In this document: positions 30,949 to 41,350 of the stretch, piece by piece
Numbering within the stretch: the first letter of the stretch is position 1
How the letters are laid out: every line of letters begins with the position of its first letter
DNA from: an uncultured Acidobacteriota bacterium
GTDB taxonomy: Bacteria; Acidobacteriota; Thermoanaerobaculia; Multivoradales; JAGPDF01
Direction: 5' to 3'
Length of the DNA: 64,000 nt
NCBI GenBank assembly: GCA_963803995.1
Contig: CAWDOT010000026.1
Coordinates: 4,260 to 68,259, forward strand
The notes under the pieces: model-generated
What the model was told of the DNA's origin: nothing
The model's database searches: none
The model's input: the letters and a program-made list of their open reading frames with translations, nothing else
Program-made: the position numbers and the translations under genes

Positions 30949-32565
30949 TCACTCGGCGACCGCCGGCGCCGGCGAGACCGGCGCCGCGCCCGGCGGCCCC
31001 TGGGGCATCGGCTTGCGCGGGAAAGGCGCGTCCTCTTCCGCCGCCTGCCAGAGCACGCTCGCCAGCACCACGGCCGCCTGCATCAGGTCTTCGCGGTCGA
31101 GGTGGTCGTAGGTGTCGAGGTTCGAGTGGTGGGTGCGCGTCGAATAGTCGCGCTCGTCCTGGATGAACTGGAAGCCGGGCAGGCCGGCGCGGTCGAACGG
31201 CACGTGGTCGGTCGAGCCGGTGTTCTCGAGCGTCACGCTGCTCGCGCCGAGATCGGCGAGCGGCGCGAGCCAGCGCTCGAAGAGCGCGCGGGCGCCCAGG
31301 TTCTCCTGCGCGTAGAGGCCGCGCAGCCGCCCGCCGCCGTTGTCGACGTTGAAGTAGGCCGCGAGCCGCGCGTGCTCGGGCTTCGGCCGCACCGGCCAGG
31401 TCTCGCGCCGGAAGCGCGGCGCGAGCGCGAGCTCGTCGGCATCGGCCGGCGCCGGCCGTTCGGCGAAGTGCTGCGCCACGTAGGCCTTCGAGCCGACCAT
31501 TCCCTGCTCCTCGCCGCCCCAGAGCGCGAAGCGCACCGTCCGCTTCGGACGCGCTCCCAGCGACTTCAGGATCCTCGCCGCCTCCATCACCACGGCCACG
31601 CCCGCCGCGTTGTCGGTCGCGCCGGTGCCGGCGTGCCAGGAGTCGAGGTGGGCACCCGCCATCACGATCTCCCCCTGCGCATCGCGGCCGGGCAGGTCGG
31701 CGAGCGTGTTGGCGACGAGGTTCGAGTCGCGATGGAAGCTCGCCTCGACGTTCAGCTCGAGCTCGACCGGCACGCCGTCGCGCAGCAGACGCAGCACGCG
31801 GTCGAAGGACTCGACCGCCATCACCATCCCGGGCACGCCGAGCGGCTCGCCCGGCACGCCCAGGTTGCCGCCGCCCGCCACGCGCAGCGCGCCGTGCGCC
31901 AAGGAGGAGACCTCGACGGTCGCCAGCGCGCCCTCGGCGGCGAACAGCTCGTTGGCGGCGCGCCAGACCCTGCGCCGCTCGCGCATCTTCCTGAGCCGCC
32001 CCTCCGGGTCCCTGCCGTCCGGGATGTCGAACTCGACGAGCTCGGCGAGCGACACGGCGTCGTGGCGGCTGAACATCGGCGCCTCCGGGTCCTTGCGCTC
32101 CGCCGGCGCGGAGACGACGAGGATCCTGCCGGCCACCCGGCCGGCGAGCGCCCGGACCTGCTCGAGGGTCTCGATCTCGACTTCGAGCGCCGGACCCCGC
32201 AGCGGCCCGGCGGTCGGCGGCGTCCAGGCCTTGGGCAGCGCCGAGAGCACCGCCACCCGCGGCGCGATCAGGCGCGCTTCGGCGCGCGTGAAGCTCCACC
32301 CTTCGCCGAACTCGAAGGGCTCGAGCCGCGGCTCCGCGAGCCCCCAGGCCGCGAAGCGCCCGCGGGTCCACTCGGCGGCTTCCGCGTAGGCGGGCGATCC
32401 GGTCAGGCGGGCGCCGATCGAGTCGGTGAGGTGGCGCGCGTGGTCCATCACCTGCGAGCGGTGGAGCCCCTCGTCGCGGATGCGGCCGAGCACCTCCCAG
32501 TCGGGCGCCGGCTGGGCGGCGAGCGGAGCGGCGACGAGCAGGGACAGGGCGAACGCGCGGTGCAT
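30949..32565 (-). CDS. secreted M28-family aminopeptidase with PA domain
   Basis: The last 538 codons of ORF 30949..33366, from ATG at 32565 preceded by GAGGGAGG. Signal peptide, then GAHLDSWHAGTGATDNAAGVAVVMEAARIL, WGGEEQG and STDHVPF metal-ligand motifs. Confidence 0.88.
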   Translation of the reverse strand: MHRAFALSLLVAAPLAAQPAPDWEVLGRIRDEGLHRSQVMDHARHLTDSIGARLTGSPAYAEAAEWTRGRFAAWGLAEPRLEPFEFGEGWSFTRAEARLIAPRVAVLSALPKAWTPPTAGPLRGPALEVEIETLEQVRALAGRVAGRILVVSAPAERKDPEAPMFSRHDAVSLAELVEFDIPDGRDPEGRLRKMRERRRVWRAANELFAAEGALATVEVSSLAHGALRVAGGGNLGVPGEPLGVPGMVMAVESFDRVLRLLRDGVPVELELNVEASFHRDSNLVANTLADLPGRDAQGEIVMAGAHLDSWHAGTGATDNAAGVAVVMEAARILKSLGARPKRTVRFALWGGEEQGMVGSKAYVAQHFAERPAPADADELALAPRFRRETWPVRPKPEHARLAAYFNVDNGGGRLRGLYAQENLGARALFERWLAPLADLGASSVTLENTGSTDHVPFDRAGLPGFQFIQDERDYSTRTHHSNLDTYDHLDREDLMQAAVVLASVLWQAAEEDAPFPRKPMPQGPPGAAPVSPAPAVAE

Positions 32566-32612
32566 CGGGACCTCCCTCACGAAGTCGTGGACGGTGTCGC
32601 GGCCGCGCCGCG

Positions 32613-33293
32613 TCAGGTCACCCGCTCGAGCAGGCGCCGCGAGCGCAGCAGACGGCTGTAGGCCATGCCGACGTGGTACCAGTGGAGCAGGAAGGCCTCG
32701 CGCCCGGCGCGCAGCCACCACCCCGTGCTGCCCCGCCGCGGCGGCGCCCCCGCCGCCGGCGAGCAGGCGACGTCGAGCGCCAGGCCGCGCGCGAAGGCGA
32801 GGGCGCGCGCCAGATGGAGCGGATCGGAGACCAGCAGCAGGCGGTTCCAGCCGCGCCGCCGCAGCGTCGCGCGCACGAAGAAGAGGTTCTCGAGCGTGTG
32901 GCGGCTCGAGTCCTCGGTCCAGACGGCGTCGGCCGGCAGCCCCGCGGCGAGCAGGTAATCGCGCCCGGCCGCCGCCTCGCTGCGCCGCGCCGTGCCGGTC
33001 ATGCCTCCGGAGACGATCACCCGCGGCGCCCAGCCGGCGCGGAAGAGCTCGGCGCCGTGGTCGAGGCGGGCGCTGAAGACCGGCGTCGGCTGGTCGTCGA
33101 CCAGCTCGCGGCCGAGCACCAGCACGGCGTCGCTCGGCCGGCGCTCGTCGCGCGCCGCCCCTGCGAGCACGCCCGGCACGCGGCAGGCGACCGGCAGCCC
33201 GAGCCCGAGCAGCCCGGTCCCGAAGGCGAGAGTGAGCGACGAGAGCCCGCCCGGCCCGAGCTCGAGCAGGAAGTGGGAGTTTCGACGGGGCAT
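32613..33293 (-). CDS. DUF218 (YdcF/ElyC/SanA-like) protein
   Basis: 226-aa ORF with an N-terminal TM, then VLVLGRELVDDQPTPVFSARLDHGAELFRAGWAPRVIVSGG and SRHTLENL. Confidence 0.8.
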   Translation of the reverse strand: MPRRNSHFLLELGPGGLSSLTLAFGTGLLGLGLPVACRVPGVLAGAARDERRPSDAVLVLGRELVDDQPTPVFSARLDHGAELFRAGWAPRVIVSGGMTGTARRSEAAAGRDYLLAAGLPADAVWTEDSSRHTLENLFFVRATLRRRGWNRLLLVSDPLHLARALAFARGLALDVACSPAAGAPPRRGSTGWWLRAGREAFLLHWYHVGMAYSRLLRSRRLLERVT

Positions 33294-33323
33294 CCGGCGG
33301 GGGAGGATATCGAAGCCGCGGGC

Positions 33324-33665
33324 TCAGCGCTGCCGACCGCGCCGCGACCGGGCGTCGGGGTCCCACAGGTGGCGCGCGAGGTCGATCCGGCCGCGCCGGT
33401 CGAAGCGCACCCCTTCTTCCTCGAGACGGTGACGCTGGAAGTGGTCGGCGCCCGGCTCGGCGCGAGCGCTCACCTCGCCGCTCGCGTTGACCACGCGCTG
33501 CCAGGGCACGTCGCTCCCCTCGGGCAGCGCCGCGAGGGCGTAGCCGACCTGCCGGGCGCCGCGCGGCAGGCCGGCGAGCGTCGCGACCTGACCATACGTT
33601 GCGACCCTTCCCTCCGGGATGCGGCGGACGACCGCCAGGATCCGGGCCCGGCTGCCGGCGCTCAC
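33324..33665 (-). CDS. alkyltransferase-like (ATL / MGMT-family DNA-binding) protein lacking the active-site cysteine
   Basis: The last 113 codons of ORF 33324..34658, from GTG at 33665 (GTGA overlap). RIPEGRVATYGQVATLAG...VPWQRVVNASG has Trp where Ada/Ogt have the PCHR cysteine. Confidence 0.8.
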   Translation of the reverse strand: MSAGSRARILAVVRRIPEGRVATYGQVATLAGLPRGARQVGYALAALPEGSDVPWQRVVNASGEVSARAEPGADHFQRHRLEEEGVRFDRRGRIDLARHLWDPDARSRRGRQR

Positions 33666-34540
33666 GGCACGCTGCGCAGCCGCTCGAGCTTGCGTGCGAG
33701 CTCCGCCGCGGGCGAGCGATCGGCGGCGCCGGCGACCAGCGCGGCGGCCCAGGAGCCGTAGCTCGGGTTCGCCAGGACGAACCAGTCGCGCCCCCAGCGC
33801 CCGGCGGCCGCTTCGACCCGTTGCCGCCGCTGGTCGAGACTGCCTCCCCCGGCGTCGACGAAGTCGTTGAGGTCGTCGCCCAGCAGGAGCAGCACGCGGT
33901 GCGTGCGCGCGATCTCGGCGCGGCGGCCGCTCTTGTCGCTCTTCCATTCCGGCCGCTCGCCGCGCGCGAGCACGACGTCGACCCCCTCGGGCACCGGGAA
34001 GCCGGCGCTCGCCAGGTTGGCGCGCGTCGCCGCCTCCTCGTCGGCGTCCCGGTTGGTGACGTAGAAGAGCGTCACGCCGCGCTCGCGCGCATGGCGGGCG
34101 AACTGCGCCGCGCCCGGCAACGCGGGCGCGCGGGCGAGCCGGATCCACTCGAGCCAGAGCCCGCGCTCGAAGCGGCGGCGCTCGGCGACCAGCCGGCCCT
34201 GGAACTCGGAGTTGTCGAGCAGCGTCTCGTCGATGTCCGCGATCAGCGCCGGCGGCAGCGCCGCGGCCTCGGGACCCTGGCCGAGCGCGCTGCGTCCCGG
34301 GTCGGCGAGCGCGGCGTCGAGCTCGCGCGTGGCGGCCGCGAAGGTCGCGAGCGCGAGCGCGCGCGCCTCGGCGGCCGATTGCATCCAGAGCACGGCGTCG
34401 AGCCCGGCGAGCGCGCCCGGGGACTCGGCGGCCGCCGGCGCGGCCGGCGCGGAGACACCGGCCGTGCGACAGCCGGAGAGCGCGAAGATCAGGAGAAGGG
34501 CGCAGAGACGTGCAGCCGGCGGCATGGCGAACCTCCGCAC
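33662..34540 (-). CDS. lipoprotein e(P4)-family 5'-nucleotidase / class C acid phosphatase (HAD)
   Basis: Lipobox LIFALSGC, ADIDETLLDNS, YVTNR and LLLGDDLNDF motifs. The start is ATG at 34540 or 34525. Confidence 0.85.
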   Translation of the reverse strand: MRRFAMPPAARLCALLLIFALSGCRTAGVSAPAAPAAAESPGALAGLDAVLWMQSAAEARALALATFAAATRELDAALADPGRSALGQGPEAAALPPALIADIDETLLDNSEFQGRLVAERRRFERGLWLEWIRLARAPALPGAAQFARHARERGVTLFYVTNRDADEEAATRANLASAGFPVPEGVDVVLARGERPEWKSDKSGRRAEIARTHRVLLLLGDDLNDFVDAGGGSLDQRRQRVEAAAGRWGRDWFVLANPSYGSWAAALVAGAADRSPAAELARKLERLRSVP

Positions 34541-34588
34541 GGGAGCCTAGCCGCACCCCCGGGCGCGCGCTAGACTCGCCACGCTCCC

Positions 34589-35164
34589 ATGCCGAATCCA
34601 CGCGCGCGCCGGCCGCTCGCCGCTCTGCTGCTCGCCCTGCTCCTGCCCGCGGGCGCATCCGGCGCCGCGGGCGATGCCGCGCCGGCCGGTTATCGCTGGG
34701 TCGACTGCGAGTCGATGGGCGCGCGCCTGCTGCTGCCGGAGGGCTGGACCCTCACCGCGACGCCCGGCGCGGAGGCCGACGCCTGCTCGCTGACCGCCGC
34801 GCCGCCCGACCCGACCGGCGAGTTCGAGACCGGCGTCTCGGTGACCCGCCTGCGCCACGTGCCGGAGCGCACCGGCGTGTCGGCGAGCGAGTTCGCGCGC
34901 GGCTTCCTCGACGAGCTCGAAGCGCGCCATGGCGTGCGCCGGCGCTCGTCCTCCAGCCAGCCGCCGTTCGAGGCCTTCCGGGCCGAGCTCGAGATGGACG
35001 GCGGACGCTTCGGCAGGATGCGCGTCTACCAGCTGGCGATCGCCAATCCGGCCACCGGCACCGTCTACCTGATCCTCTTCCGCACGCCGGCCGAGCGCTG
35101 GGGCAAGGAGTGGCCGGTGGCCGCGCCGATCCTCGACCGGCTCGGCCTCGACACCGGGTCCTGA
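34589..35164 (+). CDS. secreted protein of unknown function
   Basis: 191-aa ORF with a signal peptide (RRPLAALLLALLLPAGASGAAG) and ordinary, non-junk composition. Confidence 0.55.
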   Translation: MPNPRARRPLAALLLALLLPAGASGAAGDAAPAGYRWVDCESMGARLLLPEGWTLTATPGAEADACSLTAAPPDPTGEFETGVSVTRLRHVPERTGVSASEFARGFLDELEARHGVRRRSSSSQPPFEAFRAELEMDGGRFGRMRVYQLAIANPATGTVYLILFRTPAERWGKEWPVAAPILDRLGLDTGS

Positions 35165-35196
35165 ATCGCGGCGGCGGGGGCGTGGCCGAGCCACCG

Positions 35197-35595
35197 ATGT
35201 CCGCCGCTGCCCGCCTCCGCCCGGCGCGCGCGCGGCGCGCGGCCGCCGCCGGCTTCACCCTGATCGAAGTGCTGGTCGCCCTGGCGATCGTCTCCCTGCT
35301 CCTGCTCTCGAGCCTCGCGCTCTACGCGCTCGAAGCGAACGCCCGGCGCCGCCTCGCGGCGCACGCCGCGGCCGAGCGGGCCCTGGTCGCCGCCTACGAA
35401 GAGCTGCGCGCCGGGCTGCTGCCGCTCGCGACCGGCCCGCTGCCGGTCGGCTTCGACGCCGAGGCCGGCGCGCTCGCGCTCGCCGTCGATCCGACCGACA
35501 CCGGCGACCTCTACCGGGTGCGGCTGGTCGCCACCTACCGCGCCACCGGACGCCCCTTCCGCCGCACGCTCGAGGCGCTGCTCTGGCAGCCGTGA
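35197..35595 (+). CDS. prepilin-type N-terminal methylation-domain protein (minor pseudopilin, GspI/H-like)
   Basis: Internal ATG of ORF 34510..35595. The sequence GFTLIEVLVALAIVSLLLL is the classic class III signal. Confidence 0.78.
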   Translation: MSAAARLRPARARRAAAAGFTLIEVLVALAIVSLLLLSSLALYALEANARRRLAAHAAAERALVAAYEELRAGLLPLATGPLPVGFDAEAGALALAVDPTDTGDLYRVRLVATYRATGRPFRRTLEALLWQP

Positions 35596-36116
35596 CCGGG
35601 CGCGGGCGCGAGGGCGGCTTCACGCTGCTCGAGCTGGTGATCGCCTCCGCGGTCCTCATGGTCGCGCTCGCCATCGCGGCCGACCTGCTCTCGGAGAGCC
35701 TGCGCCTCTTCTCGGGCTCGGTCGTCTCGCTCACGCGCGTCCGCGAGGAGACGGCGCTGCGCCGCCTGGCCGGCGATCTGCGCACGCTCGAGCTGGTCGC
35801 CGGCACGGGCGGGACCTGGAGCGTGCTGCCGCTCGAGCTCGCGGACGGCGACCGGCGCGTCGTCTGGGCGCTGCGGTCTGGCCGGCTGGTGCGCGCCGCG
35901 CGGGACGCGGCGAGCGCCAGCGCGGCGCCGCTGCTCGACGATCTGGTCGGGTTCCGGTGGCGTGCCGCCGAGACCGGCTGGGTCGAGGTCGCGCTCGACC
36001 GCCGCGCGCCGGCGGCGCCGCTCGCCTGGCGTCTGGCGAGCGCCCAGTGGCGCCGCCGCGACGAGCGGCTCGAGTCGTTCACGCTCGGCATCGCGCCGCG
36101 GCGGGGCTGGCGGTGA
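35592..36116 (+). CDS. prepilin-type N-terminal methylation-domain protein (minor pseudopilin, GspJ-like)
   Basis: GGFTLLELVIASAVLMVAL near the N-terminus. GTGA-type overlap with the preceding gene. Confidence 0.78.
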   Translation: MTGRGREGGFTLLELVIASAVLMVALAIAADLLSESLRLFSGSVVSLTRVREETALRRLAGDLRTLELVAGTGGTWSVLPLELADGDRRVVWALRSGRLVRAARDAASASAAPLLDDLVGFRWRAAETGWVEVALDRRAPAAPLAWRLASAQWRRRDERLESFTLGIAPRRGWR

Positions 36117-36538
36117 AGCGCCCCCCGGCCCCGCGCGCCGGCGAGCGCGGCGCGGCGCTGCTGCTCGCGCTCGTGCTGCTCGTGCTGGTCGAGTCCGCCG
36201 CCTTCCTGGTCGCGATCACGCTCTCGGCCGAGGCGCGCGGCGCGCGGACCGAGGCCGCCCGCTCACGCCTGGACCGGCTCGCCGAGTCCGCGGTCGAGGC
36301 GACGCTCGCGCGTCTCGCCGAGGGCGACGCTTCCGGCCTCGAACCGACCGAGCTCGGCGGCGGCACGCTGACGAGCGAAGTCGACAGCCTCGGCGAGGGG
36401 CGCTACACGATCCGGGCGACGGCGCGCCGCGCGGGGGCCGAGCGGACGATCGACGTGGAGCTCGTCCGGCTCGCGGGCGAGACCCGCATCCTGCGCTGGC
36501 GGCCCGGCGGATTCGCGCCGGCCGGCGCCGGAGACTAG
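36113..36538 (+). CDS. small pseudopilin-associated protein (GspK/PilX-like N-terminal hydrophobic helix)
   Basis: GTG at 36113 overlaps the previous stop. ERGAALLLALVLLVLVESAAFLVAI is followed by a soluble domain. The assignment rests mainly on context. Confidence 0.55.
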   Translation: MKRPPAPRAGERGAALLLALVLLVLVESAAFLVAITLSAEARGARTEAARSRLDRLAESAVEATLARLAEGDASGLEPTELGGGTLTSEVDSLGEGRYTIRATARRAGAERTIDVELVRLAGETRILRWRPGGFAPAGAGD

Positions 36539-37446
36539 GGGGCGGTCTCGAAGTCGAAGCCGACCGGCCCGGAGAAGGCGAGCCCGGTCTCGGCGGCGAG
36601 CCCCTCGGCGTCGAGCTCGACGTGCAGCCGGGCGCCGCGCGGCAGGTCGGTGTCGGGCTCCCAGACGAGCCACCAGCGCTCCGCGTCCCAGCTCGTACGG
36701 CCGGCGACCAGCCCGCCCCCGGCGTCGGTCACCTCGATCGCGTCCGCGCGGACCGAGGCCGGATCGAGCGGCTCGGACAGGACGAAGACGGCGCGCGGGC
36801 GCGACGCCGGGACCCGCTCGCCGGCGCGCGGAAAGTGCGAGGTCACCGTCGGGCCGGGCGAGCGCTCGAGCCAGCCTTCCGGCTCGTCGAGCAGGTCGAG
36901 CGAGACCCAGAAGACGGCATCCGCGACCCAGGCCGGGGGCGGTGGCGGGGCGGGCAGATCGAGGTCGTCGAGCCAGTCGTGGAGCAGCACCGCGGCGACC
37001 ACGGCCGCCGCGACGCCGGCGACGATCATGCCGGTCGAGACATGGTCGAGCACGACCTCGACCTCGGACAGCTGTGCCTCGTCGACTTCGACCGGCAGGC
37101 GGACCGTGCGCTCGAGGCCCTCGACCTCCCCTTCCGCGTTGAGCTTCGCCGAAAAGGTCACCCGGTAGCTCCCGGGAAGCAGGCCCGCGACCGTCCACGA
37201 GGGCTCGATCGAGCGGAAGACCGGCCGCCACCCCCGGCCCTCCTTCCGCTCGAGCTCACCGACGATGCGCGCGGGCAGGACGGCGCCCGCGCCGCGCGCC
37301 TCGTCGTCGGCGAAGACCCGGACCCGCAGCGCGCCCCCTTCGCCCGCGAAGGGGCGGCTGCCGGTCTGGCGGATCGAAGTGCAGCCGGCGAGGGCGAACG
37401 CGAGCAGGAGGGCGAGAGCGCGGCGGGCGATCCCCATGGCCGCCAT
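36535..37446 (-). CDS. lipoprotein with an internal TM segment, unknown function
   Basis: The last 303 codons of ORF 36535..38076. Lipobox LLAFALAGC, a mid-protein TM GMIVAGVAAAVVAAVLL, and a C-terminal beta-rich, Ig-like-looking domain. Its stop overlaps the convergent pseudopilin stop (CTAG). Confidence 0.6.
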   Translation of the reverse strand: MAAMGIARRALALLLAFALAGCTSIRQTGSRPFAGEGGALRVRVFADDEARGAGAVLPARIVGELERKEGRGWRPVFRSIEPSWTVAGLLPGSYRVTFSAKLNAEGEVEGLERTVRLPVEVDEAQLSEVEVVLDHVSTGMIVAGVAAAVVAAVLLHDWLDDLDLPAPPPPPAWVADAVFWVSLDLLDEPEGWLERSPGPTVTSHFPRAGERVPASRPRAVFVLSEPLDPASVRADAIEVTDAGGGLVAGRTSWDAERWWLVWEPDTDLPRGARLHVELDAEGLAAETGLAFSGPVGFDFETAP

Positions 37447-37479
37447 CGTCGCACAGAGCCGGGGGGCTAGAATCCCCGG

Positions 37480-38043
37480 GTGCCCCGCCTGACGAAGATC
37501 TACACCCGCGCCGGCGACGACGGTTCCACCGCCCTCGGCTTCGGCGGCCGGGTCGCCAAGGACGCCCTGCGCGTCGAGTGCTACGGCACCGTCGACGAGC
37601 TCAATTCCTGCCTCGGACTCGCGCGCGCCGCGCCGATCCCGCCCGAGCTCGACGGCGACCTCGCCCGCATCCAGAACGAGCTCTTCCACCTCGGTTCCGA
37701 TCTCTGCGTCCCCGAGGCGGAAAAGGAGCGGCACCCGGTCCCGCGGATCGAGGAGCGCCACGTCGCCGCCCTCGAGGCGCTGATCGACCGCTGGAACGAA
37801 GCGCTGCCGCCGCTCGAGAACTTCGTCCTGCCCGGCGGCTCGGCGGCGGCCGCTGCCCTGCACGTGGCCCGCACGGTCTGCCGCCGCGCCGAGCGGCTGC
37901 TGGTCGCCCTGGCGCGCCAGGAGGCCGTGGGGACCGCCACCCTGCCCTACCTGAACCGCCTCTCGGACGCCCTGTTCGTGCTCGCCCGCGCCGCCAACCG
38001 GCTCGCCGGCCGCGCCGACGTCCTCTGGGATTCGCGGGCCTGA
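37480..38043 (+). CDS. PduO-type ATP:cob(I)alamin adenosyltransferase
   Basis: 187 aa with [14 protein letters not shown]...[12 protein letters not shown]...[12 protein letters not shown], typical of the family. Confidence 0.92.
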   Translation: MPRLTKIYTRAGDDGSTALGFGGRVAKDALRVECYGTVDELNSCLGLARAAPIPPELDGDLARIQNELFHLGSDLCVPEAEKERHPVPRIEERHVAALEALIDRWNEALPPLENFVLPGGSAAAAALHVARTVCRRAERLLVALARQEAVGTATLPYLNRLSDALFVLARAANRLAGRADVLWDSRA

Positions 38044-38058
38044 CCGCCGGCGCACCCG

Positions 38059-38099
38059 GCGCCTGATCCGCCGCACCTGATCTGCGGCACCTGATCTGC
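38059..38099 (+). repeat. three tandem 13-nt direct repeats at 14-nt period (GCGCCTGATCCGC / GCACCTGATCTGC / GCACCTGATCTGC)
   Basis: Read directly at 38059-38071, 38073-38085 and 38087-38099. The last copy runs into an inverted repeat CTGAT-N4-ATCAG (38091-38104). A TACAAT hexamer lies at 38127-38132 and the azurin-like ATG at 38197. Confidence 0.7.
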
Positions 38100-38196
38100 A
38101 TCAGCTCCCCCGGCCGGCAGGATCGGTACAATGATCGACGGCCCGCCCCGCCGGGCCGCAGGCACTTACCGTCTTCACCCAGAGAGGAACACCGCC

Positions 38197-38667
38197 ATGA
38201 TCCGCACGCTGCCGTCCAAGCCCCTCCTCGCCGCCCTGGTCGCTTTCGCGCTCGGCGCCGGCGCCGCCCTCGCCGCCGACGCCGCTCCGCGCGTCGTCAA
38301 GATCAAGGGTCTCGAGACCATGCAGTACGACCTCAAGACCATCAACGCCAAGCCGGGCGAGAAGCTCACCATCCAGCTCACCGCCGTGGGCTCGATGCCC
38401 AAGGAGCAGATGTCCCACAACTGGGTGCTGATGGCCAAGAACGCCCCGATCGACCAGTTCGTGATGGACGCCGCGATGGCGCGCGACAAGGGCTACATTC
38501 CGGACTCCGGCAAGAAGCACATCCTGGCGATGACCAAGATGGCCGGCGGCGGCGAGACGGTCGACGTCACCTTCGAAGTGCCGAAGGAGGCCGGCGAGTA
38601 CCTCTACATCTGCACCTTCCCGGGCCACTACATGGCCGGAATGAAGGGCAAGCTGGTCGTCAAGTAA
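38197..38667 (+). CDS. azurin-like type 1 copper protein (cupredoxin) with signal peptide
   Basis: ATG at 38197 is preceded by AGAGAGGA. Copper ligands are SHNWVL (His) and CTFPGHYMAGMKG (Cys, His, Met). Confidence 0.9.
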   Translation: MIRTLPSKPLLAALVAFALGAGAALAADAAPRVVKIKGLETMQYDLKTINAKPGEKLTIQLTAVGSMPKEQMSHNWVLMAKNAPIDQFVMDAAMARDKGYIPDSGKKHILAMTKMAGGGETVDVTFEVPKEAGEYLYICTFPGHYMAGMKGKLVVK

Positions 38668-38688
38668 CCCGCCCCGCGGGGAGTCGAG

Positions 38689-38735
38689 ACGCCCGGACCT
38701 GCGCTCCCGGTGGGCGCGTCCGGGCGTTTCTTTCT
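38689..38735 (+). terminator. intrinsic terminator after the azurin-like gene
   Basis: 10-bp GC stem ACGCCCGGAC / GTCCGGGCGT (38689-38698 and 38718-38727), followed by TTTCTTTCT. Confidence 0.7.
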
Positions 38736-38760
38736 GCGGCCGTCTGCGCGGCTGCGGGGC

Positions 38761-39475
38761 TCAGCGCGGCTCGCCGCCGGCCGTCATGGCGGCGCAGTGG
38801 AGGTCGCGGCGGCGGTTGAGATCGTTGACCACCGCGCGTTTGAAGCCGGCCTCCGAGCCCGCCTCGGCCATCCTCGCGGCGCGGTACTCCGCGATGTCGA
38901 CCCGCTCGATCGCGATCCGGATCTTCCGGAAGGGGCGCGGCAGGCGCTCGCCCGGGGCCTGGACGTGATGCAGGCCGCCGGAGTAGGCGAGCAGCATCGG
39001 CCCCGCCGGGATCGCGTCGAGGATGTCGGCGATGCCGCCGCGCACCGTCATCGGCTGACCCTGGGAGTCGAGCCCGTTCGGCCGCTTCATCCGGCCCTCG
39101 GGCGCGAGCAGCACCATCGAATCGGGATCGATGCGCTGGAGCACCGCGCGCCAGGTCGAATCGCGCTCGCGGGTGATCGCGACGACGTGCTTGCCGAGCA
39201 TCTCGAAGAAGGCGCCGACCAAGGGCCGGTTGGTCGTCTTCGCGGCCGCCGGGATGACGCCGTGGACCGCGACCCGCCAGAGGAAAGCGTGCGGACAGGC
39301 TCCGATCGCAGAGCCACTCGAAGAGGCTGGTGTGATTGAGCAGCGCGACCACGCGCAGGCCGTCGAAGGCCGTCTCCGGCCGCGTGTCGCCGATCCAGAT
39401 CCGCTCGAGCCGCCAGAACAGCCGCGACACGAGGCGCAGCGAGGCGAGGAAGACGAAGACGGCGAACGAGCGCAC
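38761..39475 (-). pseudogene. lysophospholipid acyltransferase (PlsC/LPLAT family), frame-disrupted (shift near 39295)
   Basis: The N-terminus with VVALLNHTSLFEW (HX4D-type box, Glu for Asp) is in the frame of ORF 38660..39475. The rest (FLWRVAVHGVIPAAAKTTNRPLVGAFFEML...LLAPEGRMKRPNG) is in the frame of ORF 38761..39222. Confidence 0.72.
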
Positions 39476-39514
39476 GGCGGCGGTGGGTACGGGGGAAGAG
39501 CCGGGCGGCCGGGG

Positions 39515-41234
<1,720 letters not shown>

Positions 41235-41320
41235 GTCGTTCCGGGCTCCTCGCGGGGACCGTACGGCGCGCGCGCGGGGTGGCGCGACGTCGTGCCGGTC
41301 GGGCGCAGGGGCGTCGAATC

Positions 41321-41350
41321 AGTGTAGCAGTGGCCTCGAAAACCGGTCAA
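41321..41350 (-). promoter_or_regulatory. candidate sigma-70 promoter for pilB (TTGACC-N18-TACACT)
   Basis: On the minus strand, TTGACC is at 41350-41345 and TACACT at 41326-41321, about 85 nt upstream of the pilB ATG. The -35 overlaps the stop of the upstream GT9 gene. This is sequence match only. Confidence 0.3.

Noticed and set aside
30787-32565. A genomic island integrated at the tRNA-Sec gene.
   Set aside because: There is no integrase, no direct repeat of the tRNA 3' end, and no compositional break. The flanking genes are moeA and an M28 peptidase with ordinary composition.
38131-38196. The upstream ATG at 38131 as the start of the azurin-like gene.
   Set aside because: It would add 22 residues (MIDGPPRRAAGTYRLHPERNTA) in front of a normal signal peptide. 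ATG 38197 has a good RBS (AGAGAGGA). The extension would also overlap the putative -10 box.
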